From an uncultured Verrucomicrobiae bacterium (GTDB lineage Bacteria; Verrucomicrobiota; Verrucomicrobiia; Palsa-1439): a DNA stretch of 64,000 nucleotides. Positions 30,955 to 39,998 of the stretch are shown here, piece after piece. The notes under the pieces were generated by a model. That model made no database searches. It was given only the letters and a program-made list of their open reading frames with translations, and had not been told where the DNA came from. Each line of letters starts with the position of its first letter. Positions within the stretch are counted from its first letter, which is position 1. The position numbers were made by a program, and so were the translations under genes. The stretch lies in the NCBI GenBank assembly GCA_963812605.1, contig CAWEWF010000005.1, forward strand, positions 256,001 to 320,000, written 5' to 3'.

Positions 30955-32220
30955 ATGAAGACCCTGCGTTACGACCAGCCGGATTTCGACCGCGCCGTTG
31001 CCGAGGCGTGTGCGACGTCGAGTCTCTTTGACCCGCAAATCGAAGAGCGCGTGCGCGCTATTATCGATGACGTGCGCGCCCGTGGCGACGAGGCATTGGT
31101 GGATTTGACGGAGCGCTTTGATCAGGCACGGCTTACGTCGTCCGAGTTTCGCATCAGGGGTAAACCCTTCAAAACCCGGGCCGAAACTCATGCGTGCGCT
31201 TGCCGCGACACACAAGAACGTCGCGGCCTTCGCCAAACGGTCGTTACGCAAGGACTGGTCGATGCGCAACTCACAGGGTGGGCGTGTCGGTGAAAAGTTT
31301 GACCCGCTGCGGCGCGTGGGCATTTATGTGCCGGGCGGCACGGCGCCACTGGTATCGACCGTTTTGATGACCGCGACACTGGCGAAGGTGGCGGGCTGCC
31401 CGGAGATTGTCGTCTGTTCGCCGCCGCCGATCGATCCTGCGTTGCTATATGCAGCCCATCTCGCGGGTGCGACAGAGGTTTATCAACTGGGAGGGGCACA
31501 GGCCATCGCCGCGATGGCGCTCGGGACGCAATCCATCAAACCCGTCGTTAAGATTTTTGGTCCGGGGAATGCCTACGTCACCACCGCGAAGAAACTCCTC
31601 TTTGGACACGTAGGCATTGATTTGCTTTCGGGGCCAAGTGAATTGCTCGTGGTCGCGGACAACACGGCTGAGCCCGCCTTCATCGCGGCCGACCTGCTCG
31701 CACAAGCGGAGCACGGCAGCGGTTATGAACGGGTCTGGCTCGTGACGACGTCCGAAAAGGTGTTGGCGGCGACGCAAGCGGAGATTCAGAAGCAGATCGG
31801 CGGACTGGAGCGAAGCGAGTTTGTGCGTCGTGCGCTGGAGAACGGCGGGGTTTGCGTTTTGGTAAAGGATATGGCGCAGGCCGTCGCGATTACAAACCAG
31901 TTTGCCCCCGAGCACTGCGAGTTGATGGTGAAGAATGCTCCGAAGGTGTTGCGGTCAATCAAAACGGCGGGCGCCATTTTCCTCGGTCCTGGACGCCGAC
32001 GGTAGTGGGCGATTACCTGGCAGGGCCAAGCCACGAGCTGCCAACCGGAGGCGCGGGCGCAGCGTTTGCGGGGTTGACCGTGGATCAATTCCAACGGCGT
32101 ACGAGCGTCATCGAATTTTCTCGCGCGGCATTGGCCAAATCCCTGCCAGCGTTGGAAGCGTTTGGAGAGGCGGAAGGTTTGGACGCACACGTCGCCTCGG
32201 CGCGGGTCAGGTTTCGATGA
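30955..32220 (+). CDS. hisD: Histidinol dehydrogenase; two frameshifts near 31165 and 31990
   Basis: GIYVPGG, GGAQAIAAMA, GPGNAYV, AQAEH, APEH and GDYLAGPSHELPT motifs across three ORFs. Confidence 0.93.
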
Positions 32221-33268
32221 GCTACATCCGCCGGCAAGTTGAGCGGATGAGCGCGTACACACCCGGAGAGCAGCCGAAGGTCCGGGCCTCATCAAGCTCA
32301 ACACCAATGAGAACCCATATCCGCCATCGCCGAAAGTCCTGGAGACGTTGCGCGGAGCGATTGACGGGAAGCTGCGGTTGTATCCCGACCCGACGTCCTC
32401 CGCGCTACGGACGAAGCTTGGCAAGATTCATGGGTTTGACCCCGAGCAAATCATCATCGGCAACGGTTGCGACGATATTCTTAATCTCTCTGTGCGCGCC
32501 TTCTGCGGCGAATGCGAGAAGCTGGCGTACTTCTGGCCCAGCTATTCGCTGTACCCCGTGCTGGCGAACATTCAGGGCGCAACGCCGGTCGAATTGCCGC
32601 TCGATGTGAACTTTCAGATCGAGGTGCACCCGCCGTTGCTCGCAAAACTCACGGGGGTGAAGCTGGTATTCATCACGCAACCGAACGCGCCGAGTGGCGT
32701 GTGGTTACAACGCGTGGGACTGCAGCGCGTGATTGAGGAGACGAAGGGGGTCGTCGTGATTGACGAAGCCTATGTGGACTTCGCGTCGGAGAACTGTCTC
32801 GATCTCGTGAACGAGTACGACAACGTGATCGTCGCGCGGACGTTTTCGAAAGCGTTTTCGTTTGCGGGCATGCGCGTCGGTTGGGCGGCCGGTCCGCGCG
32901 AGTTGATCGCCGCACTCAACAAAGTGAAGGACAGTTACAATGTCAGCCGCCTGAGCCAACTTGGCGCGGAGGCCATGCTGGAAGAATGGGATTACTTCCG
33001 ACAGAACGTGAAGAAGATTTGTGCCACGCGAGAGCGGACAGCGGCGGCACTCGCCAAACTCGGTTTCTTTGTTTATCCTTCGCAAACGAATTTCGTATTC
33101 GCCAGGCCACCATCGCCATTGACCGCGAAGCAATGGTTCGACGGACTGCGAGCGAAAAATATTCTCGTGCGCTGGTGGGACGCTGATCGCATCCGCGATT
33201 TTGCGCGGGTCAGCATCGGCACGGAGGAAGAAATGGACAAATTTCTGGCGCAACGACTGTCATTCTGA
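32217..33268 (+). CDS. hisC: Histidinol-phosphate aminotransferase; frameshift near 32283; true end may be 33333
   Basis: YTPGEQP, KLNTNENPY, GNGCDD, PNAPSG, IDEAY and RTFSKAFSFAGMRVG motifs. Confidence 0.93.
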
Positions 33269-33335
33269 GCGAAGCGAAGAATCTCAGTCGTAAAGAAGGA
33301 AACGACAGAGACCCTTCGACAGGCTCAGGGTGACA
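33258..33335. repeat. TGTCA-type palindromic element (RPE-like) across the hisC/hisB junction
   Basis: TGTCATTCTGAGCGAAGCGAAGAATCTC ... GAGACCCTTCGACAGGCTCAGGGTGACA. Confidence 0.8.
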
Positions 33336-33971
33336 GAGAAGAGGAAGGAAACTGTGAAGAAGCGAATAGCTAGTTGTCATCGAAAGACGAAGGAGACAGA
33401 CATCTTCGTTAGGTTGAGTATTGACGGCAGAGGCAAGTCGAAGGTGTCAACGGGCATTCCGTTCTTCGATCACATGCTCACGCTGCTGGCAAAACATTCG
33501 TTGTGCGATTTGACCATTACCGCGAGGGGCGATGTCGATGTGGACGCGCATCACACCGTCGAGGATATCGGCATTGCGCTCGGACAGGCATTCGTGAAGG
33601 CGCTCGGCGACAAGCGCGGGATTCGACGCTATGGCTGGGCATTGATTCCAATGGACGAGACGCTGGCGCAAGCGCGCATTGCGCTGGATTTCAGTAATCG
33701 CCCATTCCTCGTGTTTGAGGCGAAGAACTGGAATCGCATCGCGAATGTGTCGCTCGGGCGGAAAAAGGAATTTCGTGTCGGTCTCGTGAAAGAATTCTTA
33801 CAAGGGTTCGCCAACGAGGCGCGGTGCAATCTGCACGTGGATGTATTACGGGGTGACGAACCGCATCACGTAGTGGAAGCGATCTTCAAGGCGTTGGCAA
33901 AAGCGCTGGATATGGCCTGTCAGCGGGATCCGCGTGTTAAGGGCGTGCCGAGCACCAAGGGCAGGTTGTAG
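33330..33971 (+). CDS. hisB: Imidazoleglycerol-phosphate dehydratase
   Basis: RKTKETDI, FFDHML, DAHHTVED, PMDE, HHVVEAIFKA and PSTKG motifs; alternative GTG start at 33354. Confidence 0.96.
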   Translation: MTEKRKETVKKRIASCHRKTKETDIFVRLSIDGRGKSKVSTGIPFFDHMLTLLAKHSLCDLTITARGDVDVDAHHTVEDIGIALGQAFVKALGDKRGIRRYGWALIPMDETLAQARIALDFSNRPFLVFEAKNWNRIANVSLGRKKEFRVGLVKEFLQGFANEARCNLHVDVLRGDEPHHVVEAIFKALAKALDMACQRDPRVKGVPSTKGRL

Positions 33972-34015
33972 TCGCGACTATTACCGGGTTGCCGCGAAAA
34001 GGTTTCGCGGCTACA
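33967..34015. repeat. GTAG-type REP doublet between convergent hisB and dinB
   Basis: TGTAGTCGCGA ... CCGCGAAAAGGTTTCGCGGCTACA. Confidence 0.7.
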
Positions 34016-35405
34016 CAAACTTCGAAGTACGGCTGGTAGAACGGCCCCAGGTGCGGGGCAGAGGCAGCGGCGCGGCGGGAAGCTCGCCCTCCAGCGGCTT
34101 CCATTCGTCCTCGTAAACCAAATCGAGCATGGCCTCGGGGATTTTGTCCATTTTGATTTCCATTTCACGCTGCGGCATAAATGGGCATTTGGGTTTGTCG
34201 CCGACAAGATAGGCGGCTTCTTTTTCGAGTAACAAACGCGTGCCGGTCTTGACGCAACGCTTGCCGTAGCGCGCCTCGACTGCTTCCAGCGCGTGGTGCA
34301 GTTCGCGGCGCTTGAATTCCACGTCGTGATTGAAGAAGTTGGGCTCCAATTCCAGCGGTTGCAGGTTCCAGAAGTTGATGCAGACCTGGCGGATCGGTTG
34401 CTCTGCGTGCGCGGTAAGTTCGTTGAACAATCGCTCCACCTGCGGATTGATGAGCCGCGGTTCGAACTGCGCCGTGGGGAATTTCACGTTGGCGCCATTG
34501 CCTTCATGGTTTTTAAAGCGTACGTAGATCCCCATCTCACGAGCCTTGAGGTTCTCGCGAAAGAACGTCGTCACGACCTTTTCCGCCTGGTCGAGCAGGA
34601 ACAGCAGGGCGGTTTCATAGTCCGGCTCGTCATAGGGCAGGGTGGTGGCGCTGCCGATGCAGGTGCGCGGCTTGTGGGCCAGCGACAACCGTTCGCGCAA
34701 TTGGCCGCTGGAGAGCAGCCACAATTCGAGGCCAAAAAATCCGTAGCGTTTCTCCAGCAATCCCAACGGCAGGTGAGCAATATCGCCCAGCGTCCAAATC
34801 CCCAGCGCCCGCAGAGAGCACGCCCGTCGGGTCGCGATACCCATTAGCTTCTGGATGGGAATATCGCGGAGAAATTCGCGCTCCTCGTCCTCCTTCACTT
34901 CGCGAAAGCCGTCGGGTTTGCAATGCTCCGTCGCCAGCTTCGCCAGCCAGCGCGAGGAACCCAGCCCCATCGACACCGGGACATCGACTTCCTCGGCCAG
35001 CTCGCGCTTCATGCGCGCGACCAGTTCCGCCGGAGTGCGACACCGAAACACGGCGGGCGAATCAGTAAAGTCCAGGTACCCCTCATCGATCGAGGTGGGC
35101 ACGAGCAAGGGAGTGTAGTAGCGCACGCGTCGGAAGATTTCCAGCGATAACCGCCGATACTCGTCGTAGTGCGGAGGCACCAACACACCGTCGGGACATT
35201 TGTGCTTCGCCTCGAAACACGCCATGCCGGTGAGGATGCCGTAGGCCTTGGCGAGGTAGTTGGCCGCGATCACGATGCCATCGCCCCGCCGTCCGCCGCC
35301 GACAAAGACCGGCTTCTTCTTCAGCTTCTTATCGAGCGCCATCTCACAAGAAGCGAAGAACGAATCGCCGTCAACATGAAGGATTCGTTGAGGTCGCAGC
35401 CGCAT
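34011..35405 (-). CDS. dinB: Y-family DNA polymerase IV with a C-terminal extension
   Basis: HVDGDSFFAS, AANY.AK.YG, SIDEGYLD and AKLATEHCKPDG motifs; ATG 35405. Confidence 0.9.
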   Translation of the reverse strand: MRLRPQRILHVDGDSFFASCEMALDKKLKKKPVFVGGGRRGDGIVIAANYLAKAYGILTGMACFEAKHKCPDGVLVPPHYDEYRRLSLEIFRRVRYYTPLLVPTSIDEGYLDFTDSPAVFRCRTPAELVARMKRELAEEVDVPVSMGLGSSRWLAKLATEHCKPDGFREVKEDEEREFLRDIPIQKLMGIATRRACSLRALGIWTLGDIAHLPLGLLEKRYGFFGLELWLLSSGQLRERLSLAHKPRTCIGSATTLPYDEPDYETALLFLLDQAEKVVTTFFRENLKAREMGIYVRFKNHEGNGANVKFPTAQFEPRLINPQVERLFNELTAHAEQPIRQVCINFWNLQPLELEPNFFNHDVEFKRRELHHALEAVEARYGKRCVKTGTRLLLEKEAAYLVGDKPKCPFMPQREMEIKMDKIPEAMLDLVYEDEWKPLEGELPAAPLPLPRTWGRSTSRTSKFV

Positions 35406-35442
35406 ACCACACAAATGTGTGGTATTGGGTGGGGAGTGTCAA
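35404..35442 (-). promoter_or_regulatory. Candidate dinB promoter (-35 TTGACA) with a palindromic operator over the -10 region and start codon
   Basis: ATACCACACA-aa-TGTGTGGTAT at 35404-35425; TTGACA on the minus strand at 35442-35437. Confidence 0.6.
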
Positions 35443-35463
35443 GTGGTCAAATGACGGAAGGGG

Positions 35464-35904
35464 CTATCTGCTAGTCATTCCGATGTAACTGATGGTCGGT
35501 GGCTCGGGTGTGACAACATCCACCAGATCATTGAGACAATATATTCCGTAATGAAAAAGAGGACGACGATGGACATCGCTAAAGAATGTAGACTTCTCAG
35601 TAAAGTCGAGGAATTGGGACTTTTGGTAACGGCGGAAACTAGTCCCTTCAAAGACCTCATCATCGCGGGCGCTGAAATACCCCTCATCCCTCACCATAAA
35701 AGTAAGATACTTTGGAAAAGAAATTTCGAATGTTTCTGACTCAGCTAAAACTAAGGGCGCAGACAGGATATCTCTCACATGCTTGCCAAGAATCTCAGGC
35801 ACCGGTTGGTTCCCAGCAGCATGACGGACGACCGCAACCAGCCTTTGGTTTGGCTGCCATCGAAGTTCTACCAGGAGCAAATGTTTTTGGAGCCGCTCGA
35901 ACAC
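35464..35904 (-). CDS. Hypothetical protein (lower GC)
   Basis: 146-aa ORF with protein-like motifs FRRYQKSQFLDF and HYGIYCLNDLVDV. Confidence 0.65.
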   Translation of the reverse strand: MFERLQKHLLLVELRWQPNQRLVAVVRHAAGNQPVPEILGKHVRDILSAPLVLAESETFEISFPKYLTFMVRDEGYFSARDDEVFEGTSFRRYQKSQFLDFTEKSTFFSDVHRRPLFHYGIYCLNDLVDVVTPEPPTISYIGMTSR

Positions 35905-35957
35905 AGTGTTCTCTTAGCCCAATCAGCGGACAGGTAGCAAGAACTTGTTGTTTGGCT

Positions 35958-36533
35958 CTAATCCGACAAATTCCCGTGCATGGTTTGTGAATGCGGTTTC
36001 GCGCCGGCGTTATCCACCATCAAGTGAAACGTCGTGCCGGCGTGGTAGGCGAGGCGCTTTGAGAGCAGGGATTCTATGCGCTCGATGAGCGGGCCGGTCA
36101 ATTCTTCGATCTCGTCGGCGCGGATGCGGACGGTTGGATTGAGGCCCTGTTTTGGCGGGAGAAGATCAGCGAGCACATCGGCCTGGGCGATGGCGGCGTC
36201 GCCGGAGGTTTGGTCAGCATGGTAACGGCGCACATCGAAGTTCAGCGGTGTGTCGGACGGGTAGTTGGCGAATGTCGCGGCGCGTTCGCGGGTGCAATGC
36301 GGCGCGTCGTCGAACTGCACAAGGCAATGGAGTGGGGCGGGAAGGTAGAGGTCGGCGACAATAGTGACGTGATTTGGGGTGCGGGAACTTGTTCCCGCTT
36401 TGGTGTTCTCTGAAAGCGCCGACAAGTCGGCGCACTCCAAAACGAACTGCTTGTTGCGCTCGGCTTCGACGTTGAAACGCTGCCGCATGAGGGACGCGAC
36501 GGCATCCAGCACGGAGTCCTTCGTGATCTTCAC
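35958..36533 (-). CDS. Hypothetical protein, possible degenerate PD-(D/E)xK/Vsr-like nuclease fold
   Basis: ADLYLP...LVQFDDAPH...ADLLP..GLNPTVRI; GTGA overlap with the upstream aminotransferase stop. Confidence 0.45.
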   Translation of the reverse strand: MKITKDSVLDAVASLMRQRFNVEAERNKQFVLECADLSALSENTKAGTSSRTPNHVTIVADLYLPAPLHCLVQFDDAPHCTRERAATFANYPSDTPLNFDVRRYHADQTSGDAAIAQADVLADLLPPKQGLNPTVRIRADEIEELTGPLIERIESLLSKRLAYHAGTTFHLMVDNAGAKPHSQTMHGNLSD

Positions 36534-37618
36534 AATGACTTCAGGCAATCGTCGAGCATGGCGTGCAATTGCCCAACGGTCTCGGGAGTTTCGTCGCCCA
36601 TGTGCGCGAGGCGGAAGCTCTTGCCCTTGATCGGGCCGTAGCCGCCGTCGATGAGGACCTTGTATTTGTCCTTGAGCGCTTTTTGCAACTTGGCGACGTC
36701 GATGTTCTTATTGTTTTTGACGCAGGTCAGCGTGATAGATTCGTAGCCCGCCTTCGGAAACAACTCGAAGCCGTTTGCTTTGGCCCACGCACGGGTCATC
36801 TGCGCCATCTTGAGATGCCGCGCATAGCGGTTCTCGAGTCCTTCTTTCCCAAACTGATCGAGTTTGAAGTTCAACCCGTAAATGTGCGAAATGCTCGGCG
36901 TGGACGGCGTCATGTTCTTGTCGTGGTTTGCCTTGAACTCGAGGAAATCGAAGTAGTATCCCCGGCCGGAAATTGTCTCCGCTCTTTTTAACGCTCGCTC
37001 GCTCACAGCAAATACAGACAATCCCGGTGGCATCGCCCACGCCTTCTGCACGCCCGCGAGCAACACGTCAATGCCCAGCGCATCGGTGTCAATCTTCAGG
37101 GCGGTCATCGAGCTGACGGTGTCCACAATAAACATCACGTCGGGATATTTCTTCACGACCTGTGCGATCTCCGTCAAGGGACTCATAACGCCGGTCGAGG
37201 TTTCATTATGCACGAGCGTGATGGCGTCGAACTGGCCGGTCTTCAATTTCGCCTCAACCATTTCCGGCAGGATCGGCTGGCCCCATTCGACCTTGAGCGC
37301 CTCGGCTTGTTTGCCACAGCGTTGGCTCACATCGAGCCATTTGTCGGAAAACGCGCCGCAGGAACAATTGAGCACTTTCCTGGCGACAAGATTGCGGATG
37401 GACGCTTCCATCACGCCCCACGCGGACGAAGTGGAAAGGAAAACGGGGTTCTTCGTATAGAGCACCTGCCGCAGCTTCGGTTGGATGGCGCCGTACAGAT
37501 CCTGAAATCCGCTGCCACGATGACCGATCATCGGCTGGCTCATTGCCTGGAAGGTATCTTCGCTAACCTCCACGGGGCCAGGGATAAACAACTTTACGTG
37601 CGGCTTGGTCATGGGCAT
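36530..37618 (-). CDS. Class V aminotransferase (alanine-glyoxylate/serine-pyruvate type)
   Basis: LFIPGPV, IGHRG, VHNETSTGV, IVDTVSS and GVQKAWAMPPG (PLP lysine); start MPMTKPH at 37618. Confidence 0.92.
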   Translation of the reverse strand: MPMTKPHVKLFIPGPVEVSEDTFQAMSQPMIGHRGSGFQDLYGAIQPKLRQVLYTKNPVFLSTSSAWGVMEASIRNLVARKVLNCSCGAFSDKWLDVSQRCGKQAEALKVEWGQPILPEMVEAKLKTGQFDAITLVHNETSTGVMSPLTEIAQVVKKYPDVMFIVDTVSSMTALKIDTDALGIDVLLAGVQKAWAMPPGLSVFAVSERALKRAETISGRGYYFDFLEFKANHDKNMTPSTPSISHIYGLNFKLDQFGKEGLENRYARHLKMAQMTRAWAKANGFELFPKAGYESITLTCVKNNKNIDVAKLQKALKDKYKVLIDGGYGPIKGKSFRLAHMGDETPETVGQLHAMLDDCLKSL

Positions 37619-37711
37619 TTTCCTCTCTTTTCTCGTGACAAACGGGGCAAGCCAATGAGTATAATGTTTCGCAGTAAATCTCAACCCTTTTTGCGAGCGA
37701 GAGGCCAAGCA

Positions 37712-38848
37712 ATGCCAAAGACCCTGAATGTCGGGATGATCGGGTACAAATTCATGGGCCGCACGCATTCCAATGCCTGGCTGAAAGCGGACAAATTCTT
37801 CGACCTCAAGGCCCGTCCCATTATGAAGGTCATTTGTGGCCGCGACAGGACCGGCGTGATGAATGCCTGTAGCCGCTGGGGCTGGAGCCAGTTCGCGACG
37901 GATTGGCGCGAAGTCGTCAATGATCCGACCATCGACATCGTCGACATCAATACCCCCAACGACACACATGCCGAGATCGCCATTGCCGCCGCCAAGGCCC
38001 GCAAAGCGATCCTTTGCGAAAAACCCCTCGCGATGGATGTGAAGCAGGCCAGACAGATGGTCGACGCGGTGAAGAAGGCCGGGGTCGTCAACATGGTCTG
38101 CCACAACTACCGACGGATTCCCGCCATCGTCCTGGCGAAGAAGATGATCGCCGCGGGCGACCTCGGCAGGATTTACCATTATCGCGCCCGCTATGCACAG
38201 GATTGGATCGTTGATCCAAACTTCCCGCTCGTCTGGCGGCTACAGAGCAAGATTGCCGGCTCCGGCGCGCACGGGGACATCAATGCCCATATCATCGATC
38301 TCGGTCGCTATCTCATCGGCGAGTTCAGCGAAGTGTGCGGACTGATGGAAACCTTTATTAAGGAACGTCCGCTGCCAGGCGAGTCGAGCAAAAAGGGAAA
38401 GGTTACCGTTGATGATGCGGTCATGTTCGTCGGCCGCTTTGAGAATGGCGCGCTCGCGAACGTCGAGGCGACGCGTTTTGCGCTGGGCCGCAAGAACGGC
38501 ATTCAAATTGAGATCAACGGCAGCAAAGGTTCACTCGTTTTCGATTTCGAGGAGATGAACCGGTTGAAGTATTACAACGAAGCCGATCCCGAGGATCGGC
38601 GAGGCTTTCGGGACATTTTGGTCACCCAGGGCGGCGGGGTGCATCCGTACGTCGGCAACTGGTGGCCACCGGGCCACATCATCGGTTATGAACATACCTT
38701 CGTCCACACCATCGCCGACTTTATCAACGCGGTCGTGGACAAACATTCCGTCCAGCCAACTTTCGAGGATGGGCTCGCGGACCAGATTGTGCTCGATGCC
38801 GTCGAAAAATCTGCCAAAACGCGGAAATGGGTCACCATTGGAAAATGA
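37712..38848 (+). CDS. Gfo/Idh/MocA family oxidoreductase
   Basis: VGMIGYKFMGRTH, CEKPLA and GAHGDINAHIID motifs; ATG 37712. Confidence 0.92.
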   Translation: MPKTLNVGMIGYKFMGRTHSNAWLKADKFFDLKARPIMKVICGRDRTGVMNACSRWGWSQFATDWREVVNDPTIDIVDINTPNDTHAEIAIAAAKARKAILCEKPLAMDVKQARQMVDAVKKAGVVNMVCHNYRRIPAIVLAKKMIAAGDLGRIYHYRARYAQDWIVDPNFPLVWRLQSKIAGSGAHGDINAHIIDLGRYLIGEFSEVCGLMETFIKERPLPGESSKKGKVTVDDAVMFVGRFENGALANVEATRFALGRKNGIQIEINGSKGSLVFDFEEMNRLKYYNEADPEDRRGFRDILVTQGGGVHPYVGNWWPPGHIIGYEHTFVHTIADFINAVVDKHSVQPTFEDGLADQIVLDAVEKSAKTRKWVTIGK

Positions 38849-38852
38849 TTGA

Positions 38853-39722
38853 ATGACCTGGAGCGAAATACTCGGGGTTTTTACCAAGCCGCTGTTTCAA
38901 CTGGGGCAGACATGGATCTCGCTGGCGACGATCGTGGAGTTCGTCGTCGTCGTCTCGATTGTTGTCCTGCTGTCGCGGCTGGTGCGCCGCCTTTTGCGCA
39001 CGCGGGTCCTCTCACGCACGAAGCTCGCCGTGGGCCAACAATACGCCATCGCACGGATCGTCAGCTATATCGTGCTGGTGTTGGGCTTGCTCATTGGTGT
39101 GGAAACGGTGGGGGTGAACCTCAGTTCCCTGGCGGTCCTCGCGGGCGCCCTGGGCGTGGGGATCGGCTTCGGGCTTCAGAACATCGTCAACAACTTTGTG
39201 AGCGGGCTGATCATCCTGGCCGAACGGCCCATCCAGATTGGCGACCGGATTGATTTGGGCAACAACACGGTGGGGAAGGTTGAGCGCATCGGCGCTCGCG
39301 CCACGCACGTCTTGACCAATGACAACATCTTGATCATTGTGCCGAATTCGGAGTTCGTTTCCAGCCGTGTCGTTAACTGGACACACATCGACCCGCGCGT
39401 ACGCTTTCGCATCGAAGTTGGGGTCGGTTACGGCAGTGATCCGCACGTGGTGGAAAAGCTTCTCCTGGAAGTTGCCGACGGCAACCCGAATATCCTCAAG
39501 AACCCTCCGCCAACGGTGGTCTTCAAGGCATTCGGCGAGAGTTCGCTCAACTTCGAACTGCGGGTATGGTCGGCGGACATGGCGCACCGGGCAGGTTCAC
39601 TCGAAAGCCAGTTGAACTTCGCCATCTGGGACAAGTTCAAGCAGCAGGGGATTGAGATTCCATTCCCTCAACGCGATCTGCGCATCCGGGAGCCCGTCCG
39701 CGTCGAGGTCAAATCGGTGTAG
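38853..39722 (+). CDS. MscS family mechanosensitive channel
   Basis: GALGVGIGFGLQNIVNNFVSG, IVPNS and IEIPFPQRD motifs. Confidence 0.93.
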   Translation: MTWSEILGVFTKPLFQLGQTWISLATIVEFVVVVSIVVLLSRLVRRLLRTRVLSRTKLAVGQQYAIARIVSYIVLVLGLLIGVETVGVNLSSLAVLAGALGVGIGFGLQNIVNNFVSGLIILAERPIQIGDRIDLGNNTVGKVERIGARATHVLTNDNILIIVPNSEFVSSRVVNWTHIDPRVRFRIEVGVGYGSDPHVVEKLLLEVADGNPNILKNPPPTVVFKAFGESSLNFELRVWSADMAHRAGSLESQLNFAIWDKFKQQGIEIPFPQRDLRIREPVRVEVKSV

Positions 39723-39998
39723 ACGGTGACTGCTGTCCGGCTGGGAAAAGAAGGAGCGCAGCCGCAGGTGAGTTCACCGAGTCGTGAACGAGGCATTTTT
39801 GTTTCTTGTTATTGCCTCTCCCTAACGGCTGCGCCCTAGTGAAAACGGCGGTCAAAAGAACGATCTCACACTGAAAAGCTCCCGCTTGGTCAACCACAAC
39901 TCCGCGTATCATCATCCACCATGTTCTGACATTTTGCAAGTGTCCGGCCCATTTCACACTCACGTTGCCTGTCTATCTTACATGGTGAAAACCGCTTA

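Noticed and set aside
28123-33268. Frameshifts in guaB, guaA, hisD and hisC (also sucD, bshA, GH18, TMTC-like, PIG-L, DUF2911) as pseudogenisation or programmed frameshifting
   Set aside because: They are single-base indels, mostly in short C/G/T runs (for example ACCTGG, TCCTGG, CCCGGG), spread over essential genes with intact motifs and no slippery heptamers. Long-read consensus error explains them best.
35899-35911. GAACACAGTGTTC palindrome as a LexA box
   Set aside because: Spacing and orientation match neither GAAC-N4-GTTC nor TGTTC-N4-GAACA, and it is about 500 bp from dinB.
37208-38179. Apparent long overlap between the aminotransferase and Gfo/Idh/MocA ORFs
   Set aside because: The ORF caller extended both to the first possible start. 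The family N-termini begin at 37618 (minus) and 37712 (plus), giving an ordinary divergent pair.
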